IMG/VR virus record: IMGVR_UViG_3300046002_006145 | Coordinates: 1-50,603 of that record | Length of the DNA stretch: 50,603 nucleotides | Source: a virus | Taxonomy: Duplodnaviria > Caudoviricetes | Direction: 5' to 3' (one strand) | In this document: positions 1 to 8,829 of the stretch, one piece after another | Layout: the number at the start of each line of letters is the position of its first letter | How positions within the stretch are numbered: the stretch's first letter is position 1 | The notes under the pieces: model-generated | Databases searched by the model: none | What the model was told of the DNA's origin: nothing | Seen by the model: only the letters and a program-made list of their open reading frames with translations | Translations under genes and position numbers: made by a program

Positions 1-127
1 TCATAATAACAAGTGAACCTCATGTTTTTATTAGATTTATAAGAAGCCCCTACGGTAACCGGAATAAAATCACTAAAAAAATAATTTACATCAGCTGTTT
101 TTCCGTTAGTATTTGAAATATAAAAAC
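1..127. repeat. Exact direct terminal repeat (copy 1); circular assembly overlap
   Basis: 1-127 is identical to 50477-50603; 127 is a common maximal assembler k-mer; an ORF reads in frame across the junction. Confidence 0.95.
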
Positions 128-497
128 CAGACGTTGCTTTATTTAAATTATATATATTTTTACCGGGTAATAAATCAGCTTTATTTAACAGTTCAAAATT
201 CTCAACATAATTAGTTAATCTTTCAATCCACTTTGTAGAAGTACCTGGAACATCACCAGCAACAGTCGCAGCATTTGAAGCCCAATCTTTACCAAGATAA
301 TTAACCTGGTCGCCTAATAAGTAGGCACCAGCAGTCCAAGGCGTTATTTTTACACCGCTTCCCTGTGCACCGGTGTTTCCTTGAATACCTTGGTCACCTT
401 TTACACCCTGAGCAATTGGAAATACTATCGATGAAGGTTGCATAGTCGGTAAGACTACTTGTACTGGTTGGCCGAATTCTAATATTATATCGCTCAC
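1..497 (-). CDS. 5' part of a junction-spanning ~474-aa fibre/adhesin protein (short collagen-like GXY run, CBM5/12-like Trp motif)
   Basis: GTG at 497 overlaps the TGA of the upstream ORF (GTGA). Reads MSDIILEFGQP...GVKGDQGIQGNTGAQGSG...WTAGAYLLGDQVNYLGKDWASNAATVAGDVPGTSTKW..., in frame with MRFTCYYD at 23/50499. Confidence 0.8.
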   Translation of the reverse strand, partial: MSDIILEFGQPVQVVLPTMQPSSIVFPIAQGVKGDQGIQGNTGAQGSGVKITPWTAGAYLLGDQVNYLGKDWASNAATVAGDVPGTSTKWIERLTNYVENFELLNKADLLPGKNIYNLNKATSGFYISNTNGKTADVNYFFSDFIPVTVGASYKSNKNMRFTCYY

Positions 498-838
498 GTT
501 CTTGACTCATTAATGGTTAGAAAAAGTGTTCTTGATTTTACTATAGATGAAGTACCAAAATCTACCCTTATTTCAATATCATATTCACCTGCGGCCATCC
601 CTGTGGTGTCGATTGTGAATACCATTTTACTATCACCGTTTAGCGTGATCAGTCCTGCACCTGGGTATGTTCCGGAAGCTGTCTTTACGAAAGCTTTTGC
701 AAACCCTGAAGCCTGTGTCGATTCCTTGTCGTACAAAAGGACCACTATCTGTGTGGCATCTGCAAAGACAAATCCTGACATTACCTGTGCGAACTTCTCG
801 CCTTGAAGGCACTCTATTTTATCGCCTGTTACGTTCAT
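494..838 (-). CDS. Small Ig-like/BppU-like structural adaptor protein
   Basis: 114 aa, beta-rich, ends FTIDTTGMAAGEYDIEIRVDF; translationally coupled to the fibre gene. Confidence 0.5.
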   Translation of the reverse strand: MNVTGDKIECLQGEKFAQVMSGFVFADATQIVVLLYDKESTQASGFAKAFVKTASGTYPGAGLITLNGDSKMVFTIDTTGMAAGEYDIEIRVDFGTSSIVKSRTLFLTINESRT

Positions 839-859
839 AAATTTTGTTTTATTTAGTTT

Positions 860-2320
860 TTAAAAATATCCTGATAAGTCTTTTACGCTTGCGTTTCCTC
901 GCCTTTCTATTGTTCCTGTCAGTGCATCCGGTGCATCGTCGTGCTCATTCCTTCCGACCTTCATATAGCTTGTCAATGACTTGTAAAAAGCTGGCCACAT
1001 CTTATCCCAACCCTTTGGAAAGTAGGTTAGATTCTGAACCTCTGACGATTTAGAAAATATCCTGACATTCTTGTTTTCGCCTTGGTGGAACCAATCTACA
1101 TTCGTGTAGTTGTTACCCATCGCACGCAATTGTTTTTCAACTGCCCTGGCGAATCCACGCCCTCCATTGTTCGACTCGATTATGGCTTCTTTCACTTCAT
1201 TTCGACTTAACAGTTCAGCTGTCTTTGGCTCTGTATATTCCATTGCTTTTTGGGTGTATAGAATATCGGTAACATAATTGGCCGTTTCTGTTTCGATGTA
1301 TGAAATAGCACACAAATAATCTTTTCCCTCGTCAGCTGTATCGATGTAAGCCTTCTTAATCATCGTTTTGCTATACGGTATGATTTCATATTCCCTGAAA
1401 GCTCGTTCGTACATTAGCCCTTGCAACGGTTTCGGGTCCTGTTGATAAAGCGATTCAAAAACGTGCGGTGCTCTTTCCCTTACTGATACCAGTTTTTCAA
1501 TGTTGTGCCTTGCTTCCCATAATGCTTCTCCTTGCTCTCTTGGGTCGTACTCGTTTGGCTCACTCATTTTGATGGCCTGATACGTTACGACAATCCAACC
1601 ACGTGGGTTGGTAATTGGGTCATATACCCCTTGCTGCTCTAAAAGATGCCCTGCAAGGTCAGCTTCGTGCCAACGGGTGAATACTATCAACTGTTGGCTA
1701 TCGTTGTGCAAACGTGTTTCAGCAACGGTGTCGTACCAATCTTCTACTGATTCCCTAACTGTTGGCGACCAGGCTGTTTTGGCATCTTTATAGATGTCGT
1801 CCATAATCAGCATATCAACAGGATCACCGGTCAAAGCACCACCAACACCAACCGTTTTGAAACCTCCACGAAAACCACATATCTCGCACTCGTCAGCGTT
1901 ACGCAACCAAGAGCCTGAAATGGTTGTTACGTTGGAAGCGTTCAGGGTCGTTTCTGGGAATATCTTGTGATATTCTGCTGTGTCGATTACCCTTTGGATT
2001 TCACGGTTAAACTTTCTCGCCTTTGGAGCTGAATACGAAACAACCGCCACTTTTCTGTTTGGGTCTTTACCAAGAACAAAGGCTGGCAGCCTACGTGTGG
2101 AACCTTCACTTTTTCCGTGTTGCGGTGGCATAAATACCATTAGCTTTTTAATGCTTCCGTCCGCAAATTCTGTAAGAACGTTGTAATATCTTTTATGGAA
2201 GTCAGCAGGATCGAATGTCGGCATTGTCGCTTTGGTAAACGTCAAAAGACCGTTCCGGCTTTCCCGAATCAGTCTTTCATCCAATGCTTTTAAATATTCA
2301 ATCTGCTCACTTCGGGTCAT
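860..2320 (-). CDS. terL: Terminase large subunit
   Basis: Walker A MPPQHGKS, Walker B LIMDD, coupling motif FTRWH, nuclease IDTADEGKDY and C-terminal HDDAPDALTG. Confidence 0.95.
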   Translation of the reverse strand: MTRSEQIEYLKALDERLIRESRNGLLTFTKATMPTFDPADFHKRYYNVLTEFADGSIKKLMVFMPPQHGKSEGSTRRLPAFVLGKDPNRKVAVVSYSAPKARKFNREIQRVIDTAEYHKIFPETTLNASNVTTISGSWLRNADECEICGFRGGFKTVGVGGALTGDPVDMLIMDDIYKDAKTAWSPTVRESVEDWYDTVAETRLHNDSQQLIVFTRWHEADLAGHLLEQQGVYDPITNPRGWIVVTYQAIKMSEPNEYDPREQGEALWEARHNIEKLVSVRERAPHVFESLYQQDPKPLQGLMYERAFREYEIIPYSKTMIKKAYIDTADEGKDYLCAISYIETETANYVTDILYTQKAMEYTEPKTAELLSRNEVKEAIIESNNGGRGFARAVEKQLRAMGNNYTNVDWFHQGENKNVRIFSKSSEVQNLTYFPKGWDKMWPAFYKSLTSYMKVGRNEHDDAPDALTGTIERRGNASVKDLSGYF

Positions 2321-2808
2321 TTTTCATTTTTCTTTTCCAGCTCTTTAATTTTGGATTCCAGTTCTTCGTCAGTTAGCTTCTCAAATAAGTCCTTTCCGTC
2401 CTTGCCTGTAAGCTCCGTATTCTGTCTGTTCTTCCAATTCTGTGGATCCTTATTCGTTTGGAAGTGGATAATAGCCCCAAGGTTTGGTGAAATAACCTTT
2501 TTAGTAATCGTTTGCTCCTTTATCTTTGGCTGTCCTGCCCCATTGTCCACCGTAACCGTTTTCTTTTCCTCGTATTCGTAACCTTTGATTATCTTGACAA
2601 GTGACCTTTCGCACTCGATTAAGTTTTTCGCAATGAACTCATCTTTAGCCTTTTGTATAGCAACTGCGAATTCTGCAATATCTGATTGCCATTGATAATA
2701 GCAACGTTCTGATATTCCGACACTTACACATATTTCGGCAATAGTATAACTATCCTTCTTAATCAGGTCGCATATCTTTGTTACTATCCTTTTGTTATAC
2801 TTTGGCAT
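2317..2808 (-). CDS. terS: Terminase small subunit
   Basis: N-terminal HTH (TIAEICVSVGISERCYYQW), AIIHFQTNKDPQNWK, ELTGKDGKDL; overlaps the terL start. Confidence 0.85.
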   Translation of the reverse strand: MPKYNKRIVTKICDLIKKDSYTIAEICVSVGISERCYYQWQSDIAEFAVAIQKAKDEFIAKNLIECERSLVKIIKGYEYEEKKTVTVDNGAGQPKIKEQTITKKVISPNLGAIIHFQTNKDPQNWKNRQNTELTGKDGKDLFEKLTDEELESKIKELEKKNEK

Positions 2809-2809
2809 A

Positions 2810-3679
2810 TTATTTAACTTTTTTGAGTTCTATTCCATAATTATTAATGGAATTAACTATTTGAACACCCTTTTTTTTTCTCAGTTTATTAAATCTAAAA
2901 TGGCTATAATCAACATGATGATGCGCTCTTCCAAACTTCCAAGACAAACGAGCATACTGTGGGTATTCGTGAACTAACATTTTAGACTTTGGAAGCGTTC
3001 CTTCTTTCGAATAAAAATCAGTATTGTTTCCTCCTTTAACAGTTTGTGTCATAGCTTTGAATTGAAGGAATGCATTAAACTGAACTGTACACCAACCTGC
3101 ATTCAACATATCAATTGAAATAATAGTGTCCTCATTGTACCTTCCACGCCAACGAAACGGAACATCATTTCGAATCAGGTTACAAGAATAGATCCGAGTA
3201 TTCATTACGAATGGTGGATGCTTTTCTTTCCTTGTGACAAACATTTCATAATTTGGACCAGCCATTGCGACATTTTCATATCTGTTGCAAAAATCTTCCA
3301 TGATTAAGAAGAAAACGGGATCCTTCACTTCGTAATAATTGTTTTTATTGTATCGGCTAAACCTGAAAATATTATCATCCATTACCCAGTGCCATTCATA
3401 GCCTTTTAGGATTGAAAGTTCCCAAGCAAAATTCCGTGCAGCTCCTGGTCCTTTGCTTTTAGTATTTCCAAGATCATCCAATGTTTGGTATTTGTCCTGA
3501 TACGTTTTATCCAATACGATTAAATGATCCTTCCCTATTGAATTCCGGTACAAATCAAATTCCTGCTCTTCGACTATTACCCAGTAATTTGTGACCTTCA
3601 TTCTTTCCAATGCTTTTACGGTAATGTTACTACTGTAACGACCTTTACTTGGAATGTGAATTGGGTACTTGTTTTCCAT
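2810..3679 (-). CDS. GT-A fold glycosyltransferase, TAGT/GREB1-like
   Basis: YPIHIPSKGR, GPGAARNFAW, WVMDDNI (DxD-like), RIYSCNLIRND, WRGRYNEDT, GGN motifs. Confidence 0.75.
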   Translation of the reverse strand: MENKYPIHIPSKGRYSSNITVKALERMKVTNYWVIVEEQEFDLYRNSIGKDHLIVLDKTYQDKYQTLDDLGNTKSKGPGAARNFAWELSILKGYEWHWVMDDNIFRFSRYNKNNYYEVKDPVFFLIMEDFCNRYENVAMAGPNYEMFVTRKEKHPPFVMNTRIYSCNLIRNDVPFRWRGRYNEDTIISIDMLNAGWCTVQFNAFLQFKAMTQTVKGGNNTDFYSKEGTLPKSKMLVHEYPQYARLSWKFGRAHHHVDYSHFRFNKLRKKKGVQIVNSINNYGIELKKVK

Positions 3680-3682
3680 TTT

Positions 3683-4315
3683 TCAGCCCTTTTCAGCTTC
3701 GTAAACGTGATCAGTTTGTGATCCTGCTTTTTCTTCTGGAAACCAAATTGACTTTGTTTTTTCAGAAAGTTTTTGATCAATCAGTTTCCCGAAATTGATA
3801 TAGTCTTCAATTGATTTAAAATGAATAATCAAGTCTTTTACTCCTGATTTATCTTCACCTTCATATTCTGGCATTCCATTCCATTCGTCTTCTGGATTGT
3901 TTTCTCCAACTGATTTCACGCCCCAATCTTCGGGCTTTATTTCCCATTGGGCTGAAAGTTCCTGTACGGCTTGCTGATCCCAATCAAGGTTTACGTGAGC
4001 CACGGCATTGTCAGCTAAAGCAAGTTCACGACCCATTTTTGAGTCCAAATCAACATCGGTACGCTTTACCACTACCAACTGATTGCCGGTTGTTTCAACG
4101 ATAATGCAATCTTCAAGCCCAAGACTTGCAGCTGTTTCTGTAACACCGTTACCCCCGATAATACGGTTATTTTTGTCCACCAAAATAGAACGACCAAGCC
4201 CCAGAGTAGAAATAGACTTTTCGAGCAAGTGCATACCGTATTGGTTGTGCTTGTTCAAATTCTTATCGTCCTGTATCAGTGACGATATTTTCTTTTCTTG
4301 TACTTTGCTGCTCAT
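3683..4315 (-). CDS. ParB/Srx-like N-terminal domain fused to a C-terminal 'EWxGMPE...SIWFP' domain
   Basis: SILVDKNNRIIGGNG and ELALADN ParB-N motifs; C-terminal EWNGMPEYEGED...IHFKSIEDY...TKSIWFP; directly upstream of the glycosyltransferase. Confidence 0.7.
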   Translation of the reverse strand: MSSKVQEKKISSLIQDDKNLNKHNQYGMHLLEKSISTLGLGRSILVDKNNRIIGGNGVTETAASLGLEDCIIVETTGNQLVVVKRTDVDLDSKMGRELALADNAVAHVNLDWDQQAVQELSAQWEIKPEDWGVKSVGENNPEDEWNGMPEYEGEDKSGVKDLIIHFKSIEDYINFGKLIDQKLSEKTKSIWFPEEKAGSQTDHVYEAEKG

Positions 4316-4629
4316 AACATTCTACGTTTTTGAACTTCCATTTTTTCAAAGAATAAGCTAAGTTTTTGCCTAACTGAAGGCTGTTTTTGTTTTATGAATA
4401 CCGTTCTATTTCCATCAAGCCAGACTGGTGGTTGTGTCACTCCGGAATGAATTGAAAGCCAAATGTTGCCAAAGAATAAAATTGAGATCCTTTCCCTTAG
4501 TGAAGGCCTCCAAAGTGAAATACACTCACGGCCATTGGTGAACACTTTCAGGTCGCCACATTCGGAATCAGTCAGCGCATTTGGTTTGGCCAGTGTCTTA
4601 TTTGATTCCTTAAAGTCTTTTGGTGTCAT
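4312..4629 (-). CDS. Hypothetical phage protein, first gene of the packaging operon
   Basis: 105-aa ORF whose stop overlaps the next start; TATTTTTG box upstream (4649-4656). Confidence 0.7.
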   Translation of the reverse strand: MTPKDFKESNKTLAKPNALTDSECGDLKVFTNGRECISLWRPSLRERISILFFGNIWLSIHSGVTQPPVWLDGNRTVFIKQKQPSVRQKLSLFFEKMEVQKRRML

Positions 4630-4664
4630 AGTTGCGATTATGTTTCACCAAAAATAAAGAAATC

Positions 4665-4679
4665 GTACCTGAGTGATAC
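4665..4679. promoter_or_regulatory. Palindromic operator copy (GTACCTGAGTGATAC, degenerate) upstream of the packaging-operon -7 box
   Basis: Matches the GTATCAC-N-GTGATAC family; 8 nt from a minus-strand TATTTTTG. Confidence 0.6.
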
Positions 4680-4710
4680 GATTTCGATATTAAAACTTAT
4701 GATTAAGTTA

Positions 4711-6039
4711 TTATGCTACTGCTTTTTCTTTACTTCTTGGCCTTGTTCTAATTACTATTTTCCTGATTTCATTTAAGTTTTCGCTAACCAAATCAATGAT
4801 TTTTTTATGATGTTTTGTGGCTTCGTTTTTAATTCCTCGTGCCTGTTCTATTTTCATATCCGGAATCAAAACTTCGATTGTTTCAATTCGCTTTCCGTTG
4901 ACCTTTGCTGAAAGGATCAATGATTTTTCCTTGAGATAGTATTCATTCGTGTAAACACAATGCCCTAACTCGTCGCCTTCTTGCTTGAATTCATCCACAC
5001 TTTGTAAAACATTTATTGTGATATTCCCTTTTTTGAATTCCAAATTGAAAAACTTTTGGTTACGTTCAATATATTGCACAATTGCCTTTTCCAAATTTTG
5101 CTGGCGTTTCTCGATTTTTAAACGTTCCTGTTCTAATGCTTCAAGCCTTAGTATTTCACGTTTCTTTTTCATCAAGCGGTCGTGTTCTGCTTTTAAGTTT
5201 TTAGGGCACACATATTTTGCGTTTCGCATATCCTTCTTGAAATAGGAAAGTAGGTCCAGGTAATCAAAATACATTGAAGCATCGCTGACTTTGTATTTGT
5301 TACGAAAACATATTTTAATCGAGTTCCAATAGGTATTGATTTTATAATTATTGTTCAAGCACTGGCCTAAAATAGAATATTGCTTTTCTTTTAATATGGT
5401 TTCTGCCTTTGGTGATTTAGGCAATAACTTAATAGCATCTAAAAAACTGATTCCGTTTAGTTTGGAATCAATACCATATTTTGAATATTCCTTTTTTATC
5501 TCTGAATCAGGGTGATATAGCCGAGCGTAAATATCATATTTATCACCACCCCATCGCCTTGTTTCCTGTCTTATTTCCATTGAACCTGACCAGGAATCCA
5601 TACACCAACTTGAATTATGACTTAATCCATACATTGTTGTTTTCCCGTCTGTCCTTATCCAGTATTGCAGTATTTCGTGAAGATTATATCTTGCCGGATT
5701 GCCTTTTTTGTAATGGCCTATAATCTCAAAATTTCTAATAACCTGAAATTCGTCCACTATTTCGGTTATGGCAAAATAATTGGTTTGTTTATCTGTGGTG
5801 TTCCTGACTTCTTTTACTTGAAGCTTTGTGCTGCAATGAGGGCAAACGGCTTTTTTTCTGCTCACTAATTCTGGCGCAAATGTTTCGCCACAATCCAAGC
5901 ATAACACCCTGTTTTTAGTTGCATAGGCTCTATGTTCCAGGCAATATTTATACGCCCAATCCGATTGACTTTTGCTTATTTTAGGCAGTTGAGAACTTAA
6001 CTCAACTACCTGTCTTTGAAGTTTGGTTGTCGCTCTCAT
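4711..6039 (-). CDS. PcfJ-like protein
   Basis: N-terminal CLDCG/CPHC Zn motifs; C-terminal LKAEHD, EGDELGHCV, IETIEV, QARG; follows a PcfK-like gene. Confidence 0.85.
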   Translation of the reverse strand: MRATTKLQRQVVELSSQLPKISKSQSDWAYKYCLEHRAYATKNRVLCLDCGETFAPELVSRKKAVCPHCSTKLQVKEVRNTTDKQTNYFAITEIVDEFQVIRNFEIIGHYKKGNPARYNLHEILQYWIRTDGKTTMYGLSHNSSWCMDSWSGSMEIRQETRRWGGDKYDIYARLYHPDSEIKKEYSKYGIDSKLNGISFLDAIKLLPKSPKAETILKEKQYSILGQCLNNNYKINTYWNSIKICFRNKYKVSDASMYFDYLDLLSYFKKDMRNAKYVCPKNLKAEHDRLMKKKREILRLEALEQERLKIEKRQQNLEKAIVQYIERNQKFFNLEFKKGNITINVLQSVDEFKQEGDELGHCVYTNEYYLKEKSLILSAKVNGKRIETIEVLIPDMKIEQARGIKNEATKHHKKIIDLVSENLNEIRKIVIRTRPRSKEKAVA

Positions 6040-6042
6040 AAA

Positions 6043-6453
6043 TTAGAAAAGTGAAGCTTGAATACCTACTTTTTGTTCCTCTTTTTTTGGACTGACTTTC
6101 TTTTTGATTCGTTCCTTTTCATCTGCTATAACCTTATCCATTGCTTGCTGTTTAGCTTGCTGAATTTCCTCTTCGGTAAGTTCTGCTTTGTGGTTTACAA
6201 CGTATTGCATTCCGGCAGGCGTTTTTCCTACTATGATATCGTCCTCGTCGTAATAGTGAACTGCCATACCAAATATTTCATCGTCAGTGAATCCATTGCA
6301 TTTAGAAGCCTGAACAGTGGTAAGAATGTAGTTTACACAATCATCGATATTTTTCTTTTCCTTTTTTAGTGTTTCAGCGAAAATAGTATCGTTGGAAGCC
6401 AACACTTCGAGGTGCTGGCTGATTACTTTTTTAAAGTTTTCTGTTGATTTCAT
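6043..6453 (-). CDS. PcfK-like protein (family that includes AcrIIA9-like proteins)
   Basis: KNIDDCVNYIL...GFTDDEIFGMAVHYYDEDDI, ends QASLF. Confidence 0.85.
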   Translation of the reverse strand: MKSTENFKKVISQHLEVLASNDTIFAETLKKEKKNIDDCVNYILTTVQASKCNGFTDDEIFGMAVHYYDEDDIIVGKTPAGMQYVVNHKAELTEEEIQQAKQQAMDKVIADEKERIKKKVSPKKEEQKVGIQASLF

Positions 6454-6468
6454 TTGTTGCGGTTTTAA
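6454..6468 (-). promoter_or_regulatory. TTAAAACCGCAACAA motif directly before ATG
   Basis: Identical copies at 7130-7144, 16084-16098 and 39191-39205; partial copy at 14076-14083. Confidence 0.65.
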
Positions 6469-6477
6469 GATTATTTT

Positions 6478-7128
6478 TTAAGACCAAAGCCTTTTAGCTA
6501 TTTCAAGATTTTTTTCAGCTTCATTAACAGCTTTTTTTGCATAAGTCAAAGAATATGAATGTGAACGTTCGTATTTTCCTGACTTTAACCCTTCGTGTTT
6601 TTCTTTAGCCTCTTCAACTTTGTATTCATAAAATTCAACGCTTTCCGGCATTGATAAATTAATGTCGTTTGTTTTTCTGTTCCAATACTCGGCTTTGCTT
6701 TCGTGTTGTTCAGCTTTTTTACCTTCCTCGATACATTTTCCCATTCTATTGTGATTTCTCTCAATAAGTGCACGGTGTCTTTTTTCTGAATGGTGGCCAA
6801 TTTTTATTGGTTCACCCAAAGAAAGAAAGTCTTTCCCCTCTTGTGATGCTTTCCAGTATTCAGTAGATTTGTTTTCTGAACCTTGCGCCCAGTTAAGGTA
6901 TCTCTCGGCTTTTTTCTTTGCAAACTCTTGAATGTTAAATCCATCGGCTCTAACTATCGAATAATAATAGAAATCGTCCTTTCTTAAAACTAAGTTAAAG
7001 ACGATGCACTCGTGTTCTTTTCCATATTTTGTTTCTAAAATGATGTTTTCACCCTTTTCGTGTCTTTCAGGGCATTTTGCTACGAATACATTTGCGGTGT
7101 ACTTTGCATAAGTGTTTTTTGCTTCCAT
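6478..7128 (-). CDS. DUF3560-domain protein
   Basis: GEPIKIGHHSEKRHRALIER signature. Confidence 0.8.
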   Translation of the reverse strand: MEAKNTYAKYTANVFVAKCPERHEKGENIILETKYGKEHECIVFNLVLRKDDFYYYSIVRADGFNIQEFAKKKAERYLNWAQGSENKSTEYWKASQEGKDFLSLGEPIKIGHHSEKRHRALIERNHNRMGKCIEEGKKAEQHESKAEYWNRKTNDINLSMPESVEFYEYKVEEAKEKHEGLKSGKYERSHSYSLTYAKKAVNEAEKNLEIAKRLWS

Positions 7129-7129
7129 T

Positions 7130-7179
7130 TTGTTGCGGTTTTAATTAAAAAGTATCACTGTGATACGTGGCAAATATAC
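7130..7179 (-). promoter_or_regulatory. Promoter cassette: TATATTTG -7 box, perfect operator GTATCACTGTGATAC (7152-7166), AAAACCGCAAC leader
   Basis: Minus strand reads TATATTTGccacGTATCACAGTGATACtttttaaTTAAAACCGCAACAAaATG. Confidence 0.75.
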
Positions 7180-7226
7180 ACATATATTGTATATAAATGT
7201 ATTAAATCATAAAAAAATTAAGTTTT

Positions 7227-7754
7227 TTACTTTTTATTAAAGAAACTGCCCATTGTCACCGGCCTTACTCGCATCGGGAACCCTGCAAAATTCCAAGCCA
7301 GTAAAGCACCATCCCTACCCTCTTGGTTTGTTCTTCTGGATATTGCCGTAAAAAAAGACAGTTCATCGTGGGTAATTTTGCCATCTGGACCTTTCCACAT
7401 CTTTTTTAGTGGCCTTGTTTCTATAACATCTAAGCCGTAATGCTTTGCCATTTCAATAATCTTTCTGGCAACTTCGTGGTTCCTGCCGGTAGAATTACCC
7501 TTGGCAGTTGCAACACGCCTGTTATCGCCTGAATTAACGTGCCAGTTCGATTTATTTAAGTAACCTGCTTCTACGATAAAGACAACAGATTGGCCTGTTT
7601 CGTCGTGCTGCTTCTTAACGAATTGCATATAGTCAAGTAATTGTGGAAAAGTAAGATTTGATATTTCGAGTTTTTTGGTGGTAGTTTCTAAAAAGGCAAC
7701 GCCCGACTTTTCACAGTCGGGGTCTATGCCAATGATGTTGTTATACTTTTTCAT
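7227..7754 (-). CDS. RuvC-like (RNase H fold) Holliday junction resolvase
   Basis: IIGIDPD N-terminal motif, IVE, C-terminal NQEGRDGALLA. Confidence 0.7.
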   Translation of the reverse strand: MKKYNNIIGIDPDCEKSGVAFLETTTKKLEISNLTFPQLLDYMQFVKKQHDETGQSVVFIVEAGYLNKSNWHVNSGDNRRVATAKGNSTGRNHEVARKIIEMAKHYGLDVIETRPLKKMWKGPDGKITHDELSFFTAISRRTNQEGRDGALLAWNFAGFPMRVRPVTMGSFFNKK

Positions 7755-7756
7755 AA

Positions 7757-8053
7757 TTAGAACGGAAGATCATCTTCGGCAGGAATTTCAGCATTATTTT
7801 CTTCAAGTGGCTTTGGTGCTTGTTGTTCACTTATTTTAAGATTACCAAAATAAACCTTGTCTTCTTTGGTAGCATCCTTAAAGGAAGTCTGCATACTGGC
7901 ATCATTGCCAAACTTGTCCTTTTCGTCATTTATCCAAACATTTAGGTTTAAATAAATCTTACCATTTTCAGCTCTTGAAAAGGCTTTGTTTCCTGATTTT
8001 GCTAATTCTAGCAGTTTTGAGAAGTCTAGGCTTCCGTACATTAATTTGCTCAT
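7757..8053 (-). CDS. Single-stranded DNA-binding protein-like
   Basis: 98 aa ending in the SSB-type acidic tail AEDDLPF; lies in the replication module. Confidence 0.65.
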   Translation of the reverse strand: MSKLMYGSLDFSKLLELAKSGNKAFSRAENGKIYLNLNVWINDEKDKFGNDASMQTSFKDATKEDKVYFGNLKISEQQAPKPLEENNAEIPAEDDLPF

Positions 8054-8064
8054 ATTTTCTGGTT

Positions 8065-8787
8065 TTAATAAATTACTTCTCTTATTGAATTTTTATGGTT
8101 GTAAACTCGCTCAATATTATAGATGTAGTTTTTTACATCGCCTTGTTTGTCCATTATATTGGGAGCAGAACCTATTTTTTGTTTTAATTTTTCGAAGTCA
8201 CATTTGCCTTTTTTAGCTATTGCCTGGACCGCACCAATAAGGTATCTATCACGTGAGAAGGCATATCGTTTGAAAATAGATTCTGTTAACTCTACTAAGA
8301 AAGTAGCTTCGTCAAAAAACTTAACTCTAAAATCACCTGACTGAAAATCGTCTGTAGATTTTTCAGTGTGTTTATTGTACATCAATAAATCAGTCGAAAG
8401 CTTGATGTTGGTGTCGTGAGCTTTCATAAATGATTTTAGAGCTTTATAGTCTTCAATTCCTAAGTTGATATAGCAGTTCAGGAAATCGTTTGCTTTCCAT
8501 TTATCTCCACGGGAGTTCAATTGTGCAATTTGTTTCAAGGAAAGGGTGTTGCAAACTACATAATACACTGGATTATTTGTTTTCTTACTCACTTCAAAAC
8601 GGTGTTGGCCGTCAATGATGTGAAAGAAGCCCTGTTCACTTTCAGATACTACAATTGGGCAATAAGGCAACATATTAAAGCCGTTTGATACATCACTGCA
8701 TATTTTATCTATTTTTGAAACACTTAAAACTCTGTTACCTATGATGTTTTCGAAGCACTCATATTTTTTTGATTGTTGTATTACCAT
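8065..8787 (-). CDS. ParB/Srx-like N-terminal domain protein
   Basis: PIVV...HIIDGQHRF motif; operator copy immediately upstream. Confidence 0.75.
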   Translation of the reverse strand: MVIQQSKKYECFENIIGNRVLSVSKIDKICSDVSNGFNMLPYCPIVVSESEQGFFHIIDGQHRFEVSKKTNNPVYYVVCNTLSLKQIAQLNSRGDKWKANDFLNCYINLGIEDYKALKSFMKAHDTNIKLSTDLLMYNKHTEKSTDDFQSGDFRVKFFDEATFLVELTESIFKRYAFSRDRYLIGAVQAIAKKGKCDFEKLKQKIGSAPNIMDKQGDVKNYIYNIERVYNHKNSIREVIY

Positions 8788-8814
8788 TTTTTTTATTAAT
8801 TCGAATTAAAGAAA

Positions 8815-8829
8815 GTATCACTCTGATAC
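8815..8829. promoter_or_regulatory. Operator copy GTATCACTCTGATAC
   Basis: Overlaps the stop of the 8818 ORF, 27 nt upstream of the ParB-like start. Confidence 0.65.

Noticed and set aside
1-127. Biological terminal repeat (T7-like)
   Set aside because: The length equals a typical assembler k-mer and it falls mid-gene, so it is best read as a circular overlap
2871-2879. Phase variation at an A9 run in the glycosyltransferase gene
   Set aside because: It lies near the 3' end in an AT-rich genome and encodes ordinary Lys codons
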